Source: Eledone cirrhosa
Taxonomy: Eukaryota
Assembly (NCBI GenBank): GCA_964016885.1
Contig: OZ024761.1
Span: forward strand, 3,348,001-3,412,000
Reading direction: 5' to 3'
DNA length: 64,000 nt
The translations under genes and the position numbers were made by a program. The notes under the pieces were generated by a model. That model saw only the letters and a program-made list of their open reading frames with translations. It ran no database searches and was not told the DNA's origin. This document shows, one piece after another, positions 40,176 through 53,692 of this stretch (position 1 is the first letter of the stretch; the number at the start of each line of letters is the position of its first letter).

Positions 40176-40783
40176 CTAGCAGTGGTACCCGGCGTTGCAC
40201 GGGATAAGGTTTATTGGAACGCGGGCCGCCAACAGATCTAATCGTGGAGAAACTGCATGCCTGGACAATATGTAAAGGAAATAAACCGAATACTCTGATG
40301 GCTGGATAAATCTTTAAGATTTTCCTCGATGAAGCAGGAAAAATGCAGGTTTTCACCTAATGCGGGTCCTGGGGGGGGGGGGGGGGGGGTCAAGAAAATA
40401 ATTTTTTTTATGTGCATAATATGCCTTGAAATTTCGGGAAAAGCGGCTAGACGTAACGCCTCCAAAAAGCCCTAAAAAGCTGAAAAAATAAAGTTTTTCA
40501 CCTAATGCGGGCCCTAGGCCATAAAAAGTTGGATTTCTCTTCTCACGGTATGAAGAAGAGACTGACTAATACATAGTTACAATTTCAAGGAAATCGGTCT
40601 GACGTAAAGCCTCAAATAACCCCTAAAAACCTGAAAAACGCGCAGTTTTTCACCTAATGTGGGCCCTAGGGGATGAAAAAATTGAATATTTTTATGTGCA
40701 TAACACTCCCTGAAACATAAGTAATACACATGTAAAGTCTGAAAAGAATCGGTTGGGTACTTCTCGAGTTTTAGGGATTCAAA

Positions 40784-40819
<36 letters not shown>

Positions 40820-41122
40820 TCCTCAGCGAAGTGACGTAATGCAAACAGCCAGACATACAGACAGATATTATAAGGGCGCGACGTTATGTGTATGTCTCTA
40901 TCTAAAAAGAGAAAGACTAAGAATTATAGAGAGAGATCGTTAAATCGCCTAATGCAGTCCCTAGGGCATTGAAAATTTGAAATTTCTTTTGCTCAGAACA
41001 TTCCCTGAAACATAAGTATTACATGTGTAAAGTTTGAAAACAGTCAGTTGGGTGCATCTCTAGTTTTAGGGATTCAAACTCACACACACACAGACAGACA
41101 TCCTCAGTTTTATATATATAGA
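40176..41122 (-). mobile_element. Non-autonomous Helitron with internal duplications
   Basis: Reverse complement starts A|TCTATATATATAAA and ends CCCGTGCAACGCCGGG...CTAG|T. Confidence 0.85.
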
Positions 41123-41197
41123 TTATATATCAGCCTCGCTTTCAATTGTTTTAGGCTTTGTTTTTAAATCCATATCTTACATCCACATCAAATAAAA

Positions 41198-41270
41198 TTT
41201 CATTCTGATGAGCGATTTCAGACGTCTGTGTCGAGCTCGTCTGTCTTCGTGAAACCTTTGGTAAATGGAA
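41198..41270 (+). ncRNA. Type I hammerhead
   Basis: TTTCATT-CTGATGA-GCGA..CAGACG...CGTCTG..TCGT-GAAAC-CTTTG-GTA-AATGGAA. Confidence 0.7.
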
Positions 41271-41739
41271 TAATTGTCTTATGTTGTTTATTACATAACT
41301 ATATATATGAAATGTAGGAAAGTAACACACGAGTTGATATATATTAAAACAAATAGTAGAGAGAAAAAAGATTTTTTCAGTAGAAAATGCTGAAGAGATT
41401 CTTTCAGTATAATATCAAAACATTTATTTATAAAGTGGATATTTCCGCATTTAATAATGGTACCGGTTTCAGCATTATATGCTTTTTCAACTGCGGATAT
41501 GCATAATGTAGTTATGTTGCATATTTATACAAATAATAAAAAGAGGAAGGAAAATTATTAGTTTTTACATACATATTTAGAGAGTTCATATCTCTCTCTG
41601 TGTTTGTCCTTCTTTCTCTGTTAGTTGGCTGACAGAAGTTATATATATATATATAAGTTTATCCCGGGTTAAATCGGGGGTAACCACGGTAAGTAAGGTA
41701 CTCAATACATAGCAAAGTATAAATATTTAATATAGAAAT

Positions 41740-41791
41740 GGCTTCTACAGGACTAGAACTGTTTCATTCGGGAGTAGTCGTCAGGAAAGCC
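41740..41791 (-). ncRNA. Hammerhead motif with weak stem II
   Basis: Reverse complement GGCTTTC-CTGACGA-...-GAAACAG-loop-CTGTA-GAAGCC. Confidence 0.55.
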
Positions 41792-42116
41792 CACTGTCAA
41801 TGTAATATGGTGGTATTTATACATTTTCTGGTAGTAGGAGAGGGTGGTGATTGGAATAGGTGGAGGTTATTGGCTGAGGAGTTTAAAGAATGGGGATTCT
41901 TTAAAAACTATATTTAGAGAAAAATACATTCTGATACAAAGGCAGAAGTAAATTCACACTAAGTACCTATAGACAAACACAAACACACTGAGAGGCACTC
42001 CTAATGTTTAAGGTTAATTTATTCCAAGTAAACAATAGGTATTTATTGGTGAGGTCTGCAAAAAGGATCAGGTTTCTACAATCACACACACACACGCTCA
42101 TATATATATATATTCG

Positions 42117-42194
<78 letters not shown>

Positions 42195-42197
<3 letters not shown>

Positions 42198-44223
42198 ATT
42201 ATTATTAAAAGGAATTCCAACTTTGTCTGATTAACTCGTTTTATTTACAATCCTTTAAAATTATAATGATATTATAATGAAATAGTATGGTAGAATATTA
42301 AATGTTAATTGTTAATTGAACAAGTACTTTCATGCTTTCGCAATCTTCAGGTTCATATTCAGTGGTGACAGTCAACTTTGCAATTTTCAACTGTAATGAG
42401 ATGGCTTAAATATGTGCCTTATATACAATAAAAAGGGGCTACAGAATGCTAAGTTTTGCAAACTGTATTTCGACCAATCGGTGTGTAGTTTCGCTAGATT
42501 ACTAAAGCTGATTGGTTTAACCGTCACGGCTGGTTGAGCATGTCTAACGACTTCTATTTGACCCTATTCAAAGCATCAATTGATTTGCTATTTTTAGAAA
42601 TAATGAAAATAGCATTTTCTAGGGTTTTTATAAAAATCTTCAGTGATCATCACCATCAACATCACTTTAATTATTATTATTGTTTTTGCTGTTGTTAGTG
42701 GTGGTAGTCGACATGGTCGTAGGCATAGTCATAGTAGAAGTAATACCCCTAAGCATTATTATTGTTCATTTAGCTTGGATTGGAATTTATCAATAAAATT
42801 CGTTTCTTTAATTTTTCTCTTGATTTCACTTGGGTTGTGTAGTTTGTAGAATGGAAATATTATAAATATTTTCTGACCACATGTTGTTAGATGGTTACTC
42901 AGGGGTATCTGACGGACATTTGGGTCTCTGATTTGCTGTCGGTGCACCCGTGCACGTTCCGCTAGTGCATTTCCAGTTTGACTGACATATAGTTCTTCAC
43001 AATTCGGGCATTTAATGCAGTAAATTAGATTTCTGCTTTTGCAGTTCATATTTGCATTTGGGAATATTTTTCCAGTTTTTGTGTTCATATATTGACCAGT
43101 ATGTATGAACTGACATGTGCCACATCGACTATCATTGCATTTAGATACAGTGAATGATTGGTCTTTGTTGTTAAGGTCAAACTTTGCCTTTGTTAGTAAT
43201 TGCTTAACATTTTTCGGCTGTCTTTTACTAAGAATCAAAGCTCGGTCTGTGATTAAACCTTTTAATTCATTACTTTGAGCAATGATCGGTAGGTTTGCTT
43301 TGGCAGTGTTGAAGATATTCTGGTGACATGGGTTGTGTATCACTATAAATGGTATGACCAGTTCTTGGTTTCTTCTTCCTTGGGTTGTCCTAAGTTGTTG
43401 TATAGGTATTTTTATAGCCCGCTGTATGCCATTTTCTATAAGTAGAGATGGGTATTTTTGTTTGAGCAAAAATTCTCTGTTCTATTAGGCGTTTGTTCCT
43501 AGTATTCGTGTCTTCTACAATGGAACAGATTCTTCTGGCTAGGCAGTATGGGATGTTGCTTTTTCTATGAGGTGGATGGCACGACTTAAAATTCAGATAT
43601 TGATGGGTGTCTGTGTGTTTATAGTATATATCCGTGGTAATGGTGGTGTCGTTTTTGATTACCATTATATCAAGGAATGGTAATTTGGTACTACTCATCT
43701 CTTTTGTAAATTGGAGATCGGTGTAGGTTATTCAGGAGGATATTGAACACATCCAGAGTATCTAGAGATTCTGTCCAGATGATGAAACAGTCATCAAGGT
43801 ATCTCTTCCAAGATTTTTCAATGTACTTTCTAAAGTCAGTACTATATTTTTCCCCTATTTCTTGGTAGAGCTGTTGTTCTAAGTGTCCCATTACAGAGTT
43901 CGCGTAAACGGGAGCAAACTTCGTTCCCATCGCTGTGCCTCTAATTTGGATGTAATTCTTTCCATTGAAGAAGAATGTGTTGTTTTCCAGAATTCTGACT
44001 GCGTCTAATATAAATGGTACTATGAATCTGGTGGGAATCACTTCTCTATGTAGAAGTGAATTCGTTTCCGTGGTTTTAGGAAGATGGGACAGGAAGTCGA
44101 TATCATCCCGGATGAAACTTGGTATGTGAACACATAGTGGTTTCAAAATAATGTCAACAAAATTTCTTAGACGGTGGGTAGGGCATGCTGGACCAGCTAT
44201 AATAGGTCTAAGTTTTAAGTCTT
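42195..44223 (-). mobile_element. Penelope-like element, 5'-truncated, with 3' UTR
   Basis: RT GTAMGTKFAPVYAN, WKRYLDD, LPFLD; GIY-YIG NLIYCIKC..C...YVSQT; frameshifted. Confidence 0.92.
42317..42355 (-). ncRNA. Minimal hammerhead downstream of the Penelope ORF
   Basis: Reverse complement TGAAC-CTGAAGA-T-TGC-GAAA-GCA-T-GAAAG-TA-CTT-GTTCA. Confidence 0.7.
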
Positions 44224-46085
44224 TTGGTTGACCATCGTTACCTGGATGCGGTTCTCGAGGCGGCAGGCTTCGGACCCGTGTTCAGGGGCTGGATTGCTGC
44301 AATGCACAACAGCAATATCTGCTCAAGGGTCAAGGTGAACGGCTACCTCTCGGAGCCGTTCCATCTCACGCGATCCATTCGACAGGGATGCCCTCTCTCC
44401 TCCCTTCTGTACGTACTGACTCTCGAGCCACTACTGCGGAAGTTGGAGCTATTGCAGGGCATCCCTCTGGACCGGGACTGCGGAAAGCGGCGTCGGCCTA
44501 CGCCGACGACGTCACAGTAATGGTGTCGAGCGCCTCGCAAATCGAGGAAGTCGGCACCTTACTGAAGGAATACGAAAGTTTCACAGGAGCGAAGCTGAAC
44601 CGGGACAAGTCCATCGGTTTGCAACTCGGATCGTGGAGAGGCAAACCGATGCCTTCCGATGGCGTCGTCGGACGCTGGACGGAAGGACCGGTAAAGCTGC
44701 TCGGGGTCTGGTTTGGTCCGGACCTCCAGGTGGAGAAGAACTGGAACGAGGTGACGGCCAAGGTGTTTGCACTCACCCAGAAGTGGGCCGAGTGCAAACT
44801 ATCCTTGAAAGGTCGAACGGAGGTGGCGAACACTTTTATAGCGACCGCCTTGTCCAGCCAAAACGCTCACCAAAATGGAGCGCGCGCTCTTCCAATTCCT
44901 TTGGAAGAGGCGGGCTCCTTTGGTGAGAAGATCCATCTGCTACAAACACCCTTCCAACGGAGGGCTGGGGATAACCGTGGCTGACGATGCGCAAACACGC
45001 GCTCAGGCTGCGGCATCTCTACGTATTCCTCACCGGACAACCGGTGTGGGACCCGTTCGTGAGGCGAGCTTTCCTACGACTCGTCTCGCTGACCGAGCTG
45101 CAGTCCTGGGTCAAGCAAAGACCGAGGAAAATGGGCGACTGGCACATCGAATGTGCTAAGGCGCTCACAGCCCTCTGGCAGGCGGACCCGGCGATCAGTA
45201 GAGACTCCACTTCGTCATTCTATAGAGGGTTGATCCGCAGCAAGTGCGACGACGCGCTCGGTGAAACTCTAGGCGTAGAGGAAGATGAACTGGCCAGTCT
45301 GTTCGGTAGGACCTTCCGTCCGGGACCGATGGACAACTTCCAAAAGTCCCTGGCCTGGCAGTGCTACCGAGGAGCTCTACCAGTTCGAGACAAGCTCTAC
45401 AGACATGGGCACCCGGGCAGGGACCCTGCAAAAGAAGATCTGTCCGAGTTGCGTGAGAGACGAAGAAACCGTCGCGCACGCATTCATACACTGCCCGGGC
45501 GTCACCGACCTGTGGGGCTATGTAGAACGACTATTGTCGCGGGTTGTACCAATCCGGTTGACCACCGAGTCCATTGTCATGATCAAACCGCCACCCTCCT
45601 TCAAAAACGAAGGAGAGGCGGTTTTCCTTTGTGTGATAGCTACGGCGAAAGAGGTTGTATGGTGGACAAGGTTGAAAGGGCTGAGGTCAGACACCTTTCT
45701 CTCCGGCCAACAACTGATTCTTTTTTTCAAATACCACTTTGGAAGAAGAATCAGGATGGAGAGAGAGGTGCTGTACCCCAGCAAGTTTTATGAAAGGTGG
45801 GTGAAAGTGGCGAGAATGGCCCGAGTGAATGGGCCTTCTCTCTATATCAGCCTGTAGGAAAAGGAGGAGGAGAGGAAAGGAGTACAAACTCTTCGTACTC
45901 CTGGAGATGAGGGTTGCACATTTTTTCGGGGGTATGTGTTACCCATATGTAATGTCTCCCCCTATTGGGGAAAATCGACTAATTTTTAAATTGCATTTGT
46001 GATAATATTTTACACGTTTTTATTGTATGTAAACTTCCCCCTTTGTATTTGTCCCCTTCTTTTGTGCCCCTGTGGCTAATAAAGA
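44224..46085 (+). mobile_element. L1/Tx1-clade LINE, 5'-truncated
   Basis: IRQGCPLSSLLY, AYADDVT, LSLKGR, C..C...ET..H.FIHC; aataaa followed by (TCTA)n. Confidence 0.88.
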
Positions 46086-46129
46086 AACATATCTATCTAT
46101 CAATCTATCCATCTATATATCTACCTCCC

Positions 46130-47225
46130 TCAGCCGAGTCCATTATGAGGATCACCCCGCCACCTTCATTTTCCTCTGCCTGGTGTCCATGGCGAAAGAG
46201 GTAATATGGTGTACGAGGTTAAAAGGACTGAGGGCAAACACTTTCCTCTCCGGACAACAACTTATCCCCTTCTTTAAGTACCACTTCAGAAGGAAGGTGA
46301 GAATGGAGAGAGAGGTGCTACACCCCAGTAAATTCGCTGAAAGGTGGATGAATGTGACGAAAATGGCCCGAGTGAATGGGCCTTCTCTGTATATAAACCT
46401 GTAGGTTGAGGAAGATAAACAGAGGGAAGACGTGAACACCTACAAAACGTGTTCCTGGTGTTGAGGGTTGTTCTATCCACGGGGTGTAAAACAACCTCAC
46501 TGTACCGTTCCCCTCTACTGGGGATTTTATTTCTTTTATTTTGCATATATGTTAGTTATTCATTATTGTAAGGTGGATTGGCAGTATCAGTAGAGGGTCG
46601 GACGCCATGCTTTGACGCATAGAGTTACGGCCCTTGCCATTCTGAGTTCAAATCCCGCCGAGGTTAACTTTGCCTTTCATCTTTATGGGGTCGATAAAAT
46701 AAAGTACCAGTAATGCACTGGGTAAATGCTGGCTTTGTGCCTAAAGTAGAAACAATTATTGTTAAAGATTTTATGTAAAACCCCCGCCGTCACGTCTTGT
46801 AATGTCCCATTTGTGTACGCCCCTGTGGCAAATAAAGAAATATATCTATCTATCAATGCATCCATCTATCTACCTATCTATCTACCTATCTCTCTATCTC
46901 TTTACATAAGCCTGTAGGTGGAAAAGAGGAAGGAACGAGGGAGCACCCCCTCTCTGTGCTCCTGAGGAAAAGGGTTGCACACTTTTTTCGGGGGTGTGTG
47001 CGACCCCCCAAGGCGCCTCCTCTCTATTGAGGATTTTGTTATAAATTTTATTTTTTGTTATATTTTATTTTATTTTTATATTTTGTTATTGCCTCCTCCT
47101 TATTGAGGACGCCTTTTTGTGTAAACTCCCCCCTTTGTACTTGTCCCACTTTTGATGCCCTGGTGGCAAATAAAAGAAACATATCTCTCGATCTATCTAC
47201 CTACCTATCTATCTACCGATCTTCT
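46130..47225 (+). mobile_element. Two further L1/Tx1 3' ends in tandem
   Basis: Repeat of AKEV.W.TRLKGLR...GPSLYI.L and the 3' UTR, each ending aataaa plus (TCTA)n. Confidence 0.8.
46572..46755 (+). mobile_element. tRNA-derived SINE inserted in the Tx1 3' UTR
   Basis: Full-length; attattgt on both flanks. Confidence 0.9.
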
Positions 47226-47437
47226 ATCTATATTACACTGATCTAATGAAACAATATACATGGGAAATTATCAGTCACCATGTTCCAGACAGGAAAGGAA
47301 TCAGGTTTTAATTAAAAGACCATCACGTCCACATTTCTGATGGTATTGTTTACTGATATATGACCAGACATTGCTACCTACTTACCTCCCTTCTTTTACA
47401 CTGTTTCATATGACACGGGTCTAGACTTCTGTAAAAA

Positions 47438-50400
47438 GTGTGGGTGGTGGTGTGGTGGACTGGTAGTGTAATGCTGTGGTAGAGTGGTGGTGTGGTGGTG
47501 GACCGGTAGTGCAATGGTGTGGTAGAGGGGTGGTGTGGTGGTGTGGTGGTGTGGTGGTGTGGTGGTGGACCGGTAGTGTGGTGGTGTCGTGGTGGCCTGG
47601 GGTGTAGTGGTGTGGTGGTGGCTTGGTGGTGTGGTGGTGTGGTGGTGTGGTGGTGGACCGGTAGTGTAATGGTGTGGTAGAGGGGTGGTGTGGTGGTGTG
47701 GTGGTGTGGTGGTGTGGTGGTGGACCGGTAGTGTGGTGGTGTCGTGGTGGCCTGGGGGTGTAGTGGTGTGGTGGTGGCTTGGTGGTGTGGTGGTGTGGTG
47801 GTGTGGGGGTGGCCTGGTAGTGTGGTGGTGTGGTGGTGTGGTGACCTGGTAGTGTGGTAATGTGGTAGAGTGGTGGTGTGGTGGTGTGGTGGTGTGGTGG
47901 TGTGGTGGTGTGGTGGTGATCTGGTAGTGTGGTGGTGTCGTGGTGGCCTGGTGGTGTGGTGGTGTGGTGGTGGCCTGGTAATGTGGTGGTGTGGTGGTGG
48001 CCTGGTAGTGTGGTGGTGTGGTAGTGGCCTGGTAGTGTGGTGGTGTGGTAGAGTGGTGGTGTGGTGGTTTGGTGGTGTGGTGGTGGTCTGGTAGTGTGGT
48101 GGAGGCCTGGTAGTGTGGTGGTGTGGTGGTGTGGTGACCTGGTAGTGTGGTGGTGTGGTAGAGTGGTGGTGTGGGGGTGGCCTGGTAGTGTGGTGGTGTG
48201 GTAGTGAGGTACTGTGGTAGTGTGGTGGTGTGGTAGAGTGGTGGTATGGTAGTGTGGTGGTGTGGTAGTGAGGTACTGTGGTAGTGTGGTGGTGTGGTAG
48301 AGTGGTGGTATGGTAGTGTGGTGGTGTGGTAGAGTGGTGGTGTGGTAGTGTGGTGGTGTGGTAGAGTGGTGGCCTGGTAGTGTGGTGGTGTGGTAGTGTG
48401 GTGGTGTGGTAGTGAGGTACTGTGGTAGTGTGGTAGTGTGGTAGAGTGGTGGTGTGGTAGTGTGGTGGTGTGGTAGAGTGGTGGTGTGGTAGTGTGGTGG
48501 TGTGGTAGAGTGGTGGTCTGGTAGTGTGGTAGTGTGGTGGTGTGGTGACCTGGTAGTGTGGTGGTGTGGTAGAGTGGTGGCCTGGTAGTGTGGTGGTGTG
48601 GTAGTGTGGTGGTGTGGTGGTGGTCTGGTAGTGTGGTGGTGTGGTAGTGCAGTGGTGTGGTGGTGTGGTGGTGTGGTGGTCTGGTAGTGTGGTGGTGTGG
48701 TGGTGGGCTGGTAGTGGTGTGGTGGTGGGCTGGTAGTGGTGTGGTGGTGTGGTAGTGTGGTGTGGTGGTCTGGTAGTGTGGTAGTGTGGTGGTGTGGTAG
48801 TGTGGTGGTGTGGTGGTGTGGTAGTGTGGTAGTGTGGTGGTGTGGTGGTGTGGTAGTGTAGTAGTGTGGTAGTGTGATAGTGTGGTAGTGTGGTGGTGTG
48901 GTGGTCTGGTAGTGTGGTAGTGTGGTGGTGTGTTGGTGTGGTGGTGTGGTAGTGTGGGGGTGTGGGGGTGTGGTAGTGTGGTGGTGTGGTGGTGTGTTAG
49001 TGTAGTAGTGTGGTAGTGTGATAGTGTGGTAGTGTGGTGGTGTGGTGGTGTGGTAGTGTAGTAGTGTGGTAGTGTGATAGTGTGGTAGTGTGGTGGTGTG
49101 GTGGTCTGGTAGTGTGGTAGTGTGGTGGTGTGTTGGTGTGGTGGTGTGGTAGTGTGGGGGTGTGGGGGTGTGGTAGTGTGGGTGTGTGGTGGTGTGGTGG
49201 TCTGGTAGTGTGGTGGTGTGGTGGTGTGGTGGTGTGGTGGTGTGGTGGTCTGGTAGTGTGGTGGTGTGTTGGTGTGGTAGTGTGGTAGTGTAGTGGTGTG
49301 GTGGTGTGGTGGTGTGGTAGTGTGGTGATGTGGTGTGGTGGTGTGGTGGTGTAGTGGTGTGGTGGTGTTGTGGTGCCTGGTAGTGTGGTTGTGTGATGTT
49401 GTGGTAGTGTAGTGGTGTGGTGGTGTGGTGGTGTCGTGGTGTGGTGGTGTGATGGTGTGGTGGTAGTATAGTGGTGTGGTGGTCTGGTGGTACTGTGGTG
49501 GTGTGGTGGTGTGTTGGTGTGATGGTGTGGTGGCCTGGTGGTGTGGTAGTGTGGTAGTGTGGTGGTGTGGTAGTGTGGTGGTCTGGTAGTGTGGTGGTGT
49601 GGTAGTGTGGTGGTGTGGTGGTGTGGTAGTGAGGTGGTGTGGTGGTGTGGTAGTGTGGTGGTGTGGTGATGTGGTACTGTGTTGGTGTGGTGGTGTGGTA
49701 GTGTGGTGGTGTGGTGGTGTGGTGGTGTGGAGGTCTGGTGGTGTGATGGTGTAGTGGTGTGGTAGTGTGGTGGTGTGGTGGTGTGGTTGTGTTGTGGTGT
49801 GGTGGTGTGGTAGCGTGGTGGTGTGGTGGCGTGGTGGTGTGGTGGTGTGGCGTTGTGGTAGTGTGGTAGTGTGGTGATGTGGTGGTGTGGAGGTGTGGTG
49901 GTGTGGTGGTGTGGGTGTGGTAGTGTGGTGGTGTGGTAGTGTGGTGGTGTGGTGGTGTGGTAGTGTGGTGGTGTGGTGGTGTGGTGGTGTGATAGTTTGG
50001 TGGTTTGGTGGTGTGGTGGTGTTGTGGTGTGGTAGTGTGGTGGTGTAGTGTTGTGATAGTGTGGTAGTGTGGTGGTGTGGTAGTGTGGTGGTGTGGTGTG
50101 TGGTGTGTGGTGTGTGGTGTGTGGTGGTGTGGTGGTGTGGTAGTGTGGTGGTGTGGTGGTGTGGTGGTGTGGTAGTCTAGTGGTGTGGTGGTGTGATAGT
50201 GTGGTAGTGTGGTGGTGTGGTGGTGTAATGGTGTGGTGGTGTAGTGGTGTGGTGGTGTAGTGGTGTAGTGGTGTGGTTGTGTGGTGGTGTGGTGGTGTGG
50301 TTGTGTGGTGGTGTGATGGTGTGGTGGTGTGGTGATGTGGTGGTGTTGTAGTGTAGTGGTGTGGTAGTGTAGTAGTGTAGTGGTGTGGTGGTGTGGTAGT

Positions 50401-50866
50401 TTGGTGATGTACTGGTGTGGTGGTGTAGTGGTGTGGTGGTGTGGTGCCTGGTAGTGTGGTTGTGTGATGTTGTGGTAGTGTAGTGGTGTGGTGGTGTCGT
50501 GGTGTCGTGGTGTGGTGGTGTGATGGTGTGGTGGTAGTGTAGTGGTGTGGTGGTGTGGTGGTGTGGTAGAGTGGTGGCCTGGTAGCGTGGTAGTGTGGTG
50601 GTGTAGTGGTGTGGTGATGTAGTGGTGTGGTGGTGTAGTGGTGTAGTGGTGTGGTGGTGTGGTGGTGTGATGGTGTAGAGGTGTGGTGGTGTGGTGGTGT
50701 GTTGGTGTGGTGGTGTGGTGGTGTGGTGGTGTGGTGGTGTGGTAGCGTTGTAGTGTGTTGGTGTGGTGCTGTGGTGGTGTGGTGGTGTTTATTAAATATA
50801 TATTTTTGTTAAATATAAATGTTAGTGTGGTGGTGTGGTGGTGTGGTTGTGTGGTGGTGTGATGGT
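47438..50866. repeat. 8-bp satellite (GTGTGGTG/GTGTGGTA)n, about 3.4 kb
   Basis: Direct reading. Confidence 0.95.
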
Positions 50867-50971
50867 TAAATATATTTTTGTTAAATATATATTTTTGTTA
50901 AATATATATTTTTGTTAAATATATATTTTTGTTAAATATATATTTTTGTTAAATATAATATGTTAGTTAAA

Positions 50972-51911
50972 TATTTAATACATAAACAGAGAAAGCCTTA
51001 AGCTATACTCTGACTGGCAACCATCTCACTCAACAAACTTTAGGATATACCTTAGTATAATCCCAATTATATGTTTGGTGTGCTAACTATATGTATTTTG
51101 TAGAAAGCCAGCTGTATTATTTTATATGAGATACAATTAAAATAAAAATATATATCTCTCTCTCTTTCCAAACAATTATAAGTTTTTTAGAAGTTGGGAT
51201 AATGTATCCGGGTTATGTAAAAGCCAACATATATTTCCGTAAGAATACATGCAGGTGGGCACTTATAAATCATCAGTGGACGCCCGTAAAACATAGATAC
51301 AAGAAAAAATTCCTTACGATGTTATTTTTTGTGTCAGCTAACCATCTCTTCATGCAACATAATGAGCGCCAAATTTGAAATTCCAGCAGTCTCAGAAAGA
51401 GGAATTTCACAGCGTCACGAAGCGGAAAAGGGAGGTAATCGCGAAACACAAGAAAGTAAAATAAAATAATATACACGCGGGTGAAATAAATTCCTTCAAC
51501 AAATTTAAACCCGTGTGTTAAGAACTCAATAAAATTTTCAAAAAAATAAATGTATGTATGTATTAAATATACACGCATATAGATATTTTCTTAGGCTAAA
51601 AACAGAGACATGATATCAGAATAACGATCAATATTTCATACCAACAGTAAATACGGAAAGTTACGCTTAAAAGATATCTGGAAAAAATTTTATCTCTGGC
51701 CAAATCAAGAGTAAAGTATTTAATACATAAACAGAGAAAGCCTTAAGCTATACTCTGACTGGCAACCATCTCACTCAACAAACTTTAGGATATACCTTAG
51801 TATAATCCCAATTATATGTTTAGGGTGCTAACTATATGTATTTTGTGGAAAGCCAGCTGTATTATTTTATATGAGATACAATTAAAATTAAAATATATAT
51901 CTCTCTCTTTC
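50972..51911 (-). mobile_element. Element with about 195-bp direct repeats (50972-51168, 51717-51911)
   Basis: Near-identical repeats 745 bp apart; degenerate hammerhead-like motif at 51223-51280 (-). Confidence 0.65.
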
Positions 51912-52070
51912 AAATATATATTTTTGTTAAATATATATTTTTGTATATTTATTAAATATATATTTTTGTTAAATATATATATTTGTTAAATATATATGTT
52001 AATTAAATATATATATATGTTAAATGCGATATATTAACAAATGGAAACTATATTTATAAAACCATATTTA

Positions 52071-52131
52071 TTTCATTATACATATTTCAAGGACACCAAG
52101 TTAAATTATGGTGTGCTTTCATCAGATAAAA
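52071..52131 (-). ncRNA. Minimal hammerhead (left arm)
   Basis: Reverse complement of 52253-52313. Confidence 0.72.
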
Positions 52132-52252
52132 TATAATATAGAGCAGTTTTATAAATAAATCTTGACATACCCTTAAAGAATGCGACCATTTCTGTTGGAA
52201 GCTCCCGGATAGGGTATGTCAATATTTATTTATAAAACTGCTCTATATTATA

Positions 52253-52313
52253 TTTTATCTGATGAAAGCACACCATAATTTAACTTGGTGTCCTTGAAAT
52301 ATGTATAATGAAA
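52253..52313 (+). ncRNA. Minimal hammerhead (right arm)
   Basis: TTTTAT-CTGATGA-AAGcACACCA...TGGTGTcCTT-GAAAT-ATGT-ATA-ATGAAA. Confidence 0.72.
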
Positions 52314-53069
52314 TAAATATGGTTTTATAAATATAGTTTCCATTTGTTAATATATCGTATTTTTACTCCAATTATTTGTTGAGTGCTTTATATCAGTTAT
52401 AAAAATATTTGCTTGTTGTATCCCAACAATTTAAATAGAACTTCTACATATATATGTTAAATGTATATTTTTGTTAAATATATATGTTAGTATAATAATA
52501 ATTATATTTATATATAAGAATATATATAAAATAAGGGTAATATATATTACCAGTAGCTCATTGTAAAATATCAAGTATAATACAGAGTAGAAATACAACA
52601 TAAATAACAATCAAATGGTGTTTAAAACATTTAATAGCTTACAATCAGTTCATCATCATCACCGTTTTACGTCCGTTCTTCCACCTTAGCATGGGTTAGA
52701 CTGGTTGTCCTGTTGTGGGCAGTGTCCGGTCGGCTGACCTTGTCTTGCTTATACGGAAACTGATTCTGGCTTGATTTCTACAGCGGGATGCCCTTCCTAA
52801 CCCCAACCTCATTTACAGTGAGTGCTGGGTGCTTTTTTTCCGTCGCGCCTACACGTCCACGTTACAGTGTGGGCTGGGTGCTTTTTTGACGTGGCGCCTC
52901 CACGACCACTTTGCAGTGGAATGATAGGGACCCAAGTCCTATCATCTCATTTCTACAGCTGAGTAAACTGGAGCAATGGGAAATAAAGTGTCTTGCTCAA
53001 GGAAACAACACATCACCCAGTCCGAAAATTGAACTCACATGAGGATTATATTTGTTTTAACCTTTATAT

Positions 53070-53114
53070 GCTCCGATGATTCCAAACCTATGCCTGGATG
53101 AAACGACCGTAAGC
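53070..53114 (+). ncRNA. Minimal hammerhead (U4C variant)
   Basis: GCT-CCGATGA-TTCCA...TGGAT-GAAAC-GACC-GTA-AGC. Confidence 0.55.
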
Positions 53115-53285
53115 TATTAAATGTTTTAAACACAATTTGATTGCTATTTATGTTGTATGTTACTATATATATTTGTTAGTGTATATATATCTAACAAATA
53201 TTTATATTTGTTAGATATTTATATTTAACAAGTATATTGGTTAAATATCTATATTTGTTTAACTTATATTTCTTACACACACACG

Positions 53286-53353
<68 letters not shown>

Positions 53354-53372
53354 TGTTGAATATCTATATTTG

Positions 53373-53429
<57 letters not shown>

Positions 53430-53433
53430 TACA

Positions 53434-53479
<46 letters not shown>

Positions 53480-53518
53480 ACATATATATACATATATCTG
53501 TTATATATATACATATAT

Positions 53519-53549
<31 letters not shown>

Positions 53550-53550
53550 T

Positions 53551-53692
<142 letters not shown>

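Larger units (their letters stand above)
52027..52357. repeat. Fold-back with 147-bp arms and 37-bp spacer
   Basis: 52027-52173 is the near-perfect reverse complement of 52211-52357. Confidence 0.92.

Noticed and set aside
41461-41490. Hammerhead-like TTGAAAA-AGCAT/ATGCT-GAAAC on -
   Set aside because: Two core mismatches and no stem I
42759-45857. Single composite element with two RT genes
   Set aside because: Opposite strands, different clades and base composition, both 5'-truncated; adjacency is more likely insertion or deletion
52027-52357. DNA-transposon MITE interpretation of the palindromes
   Set aside because: No TSD or defined TIR ends; homology continues beyond one arm only, which fits retroelement inversion better
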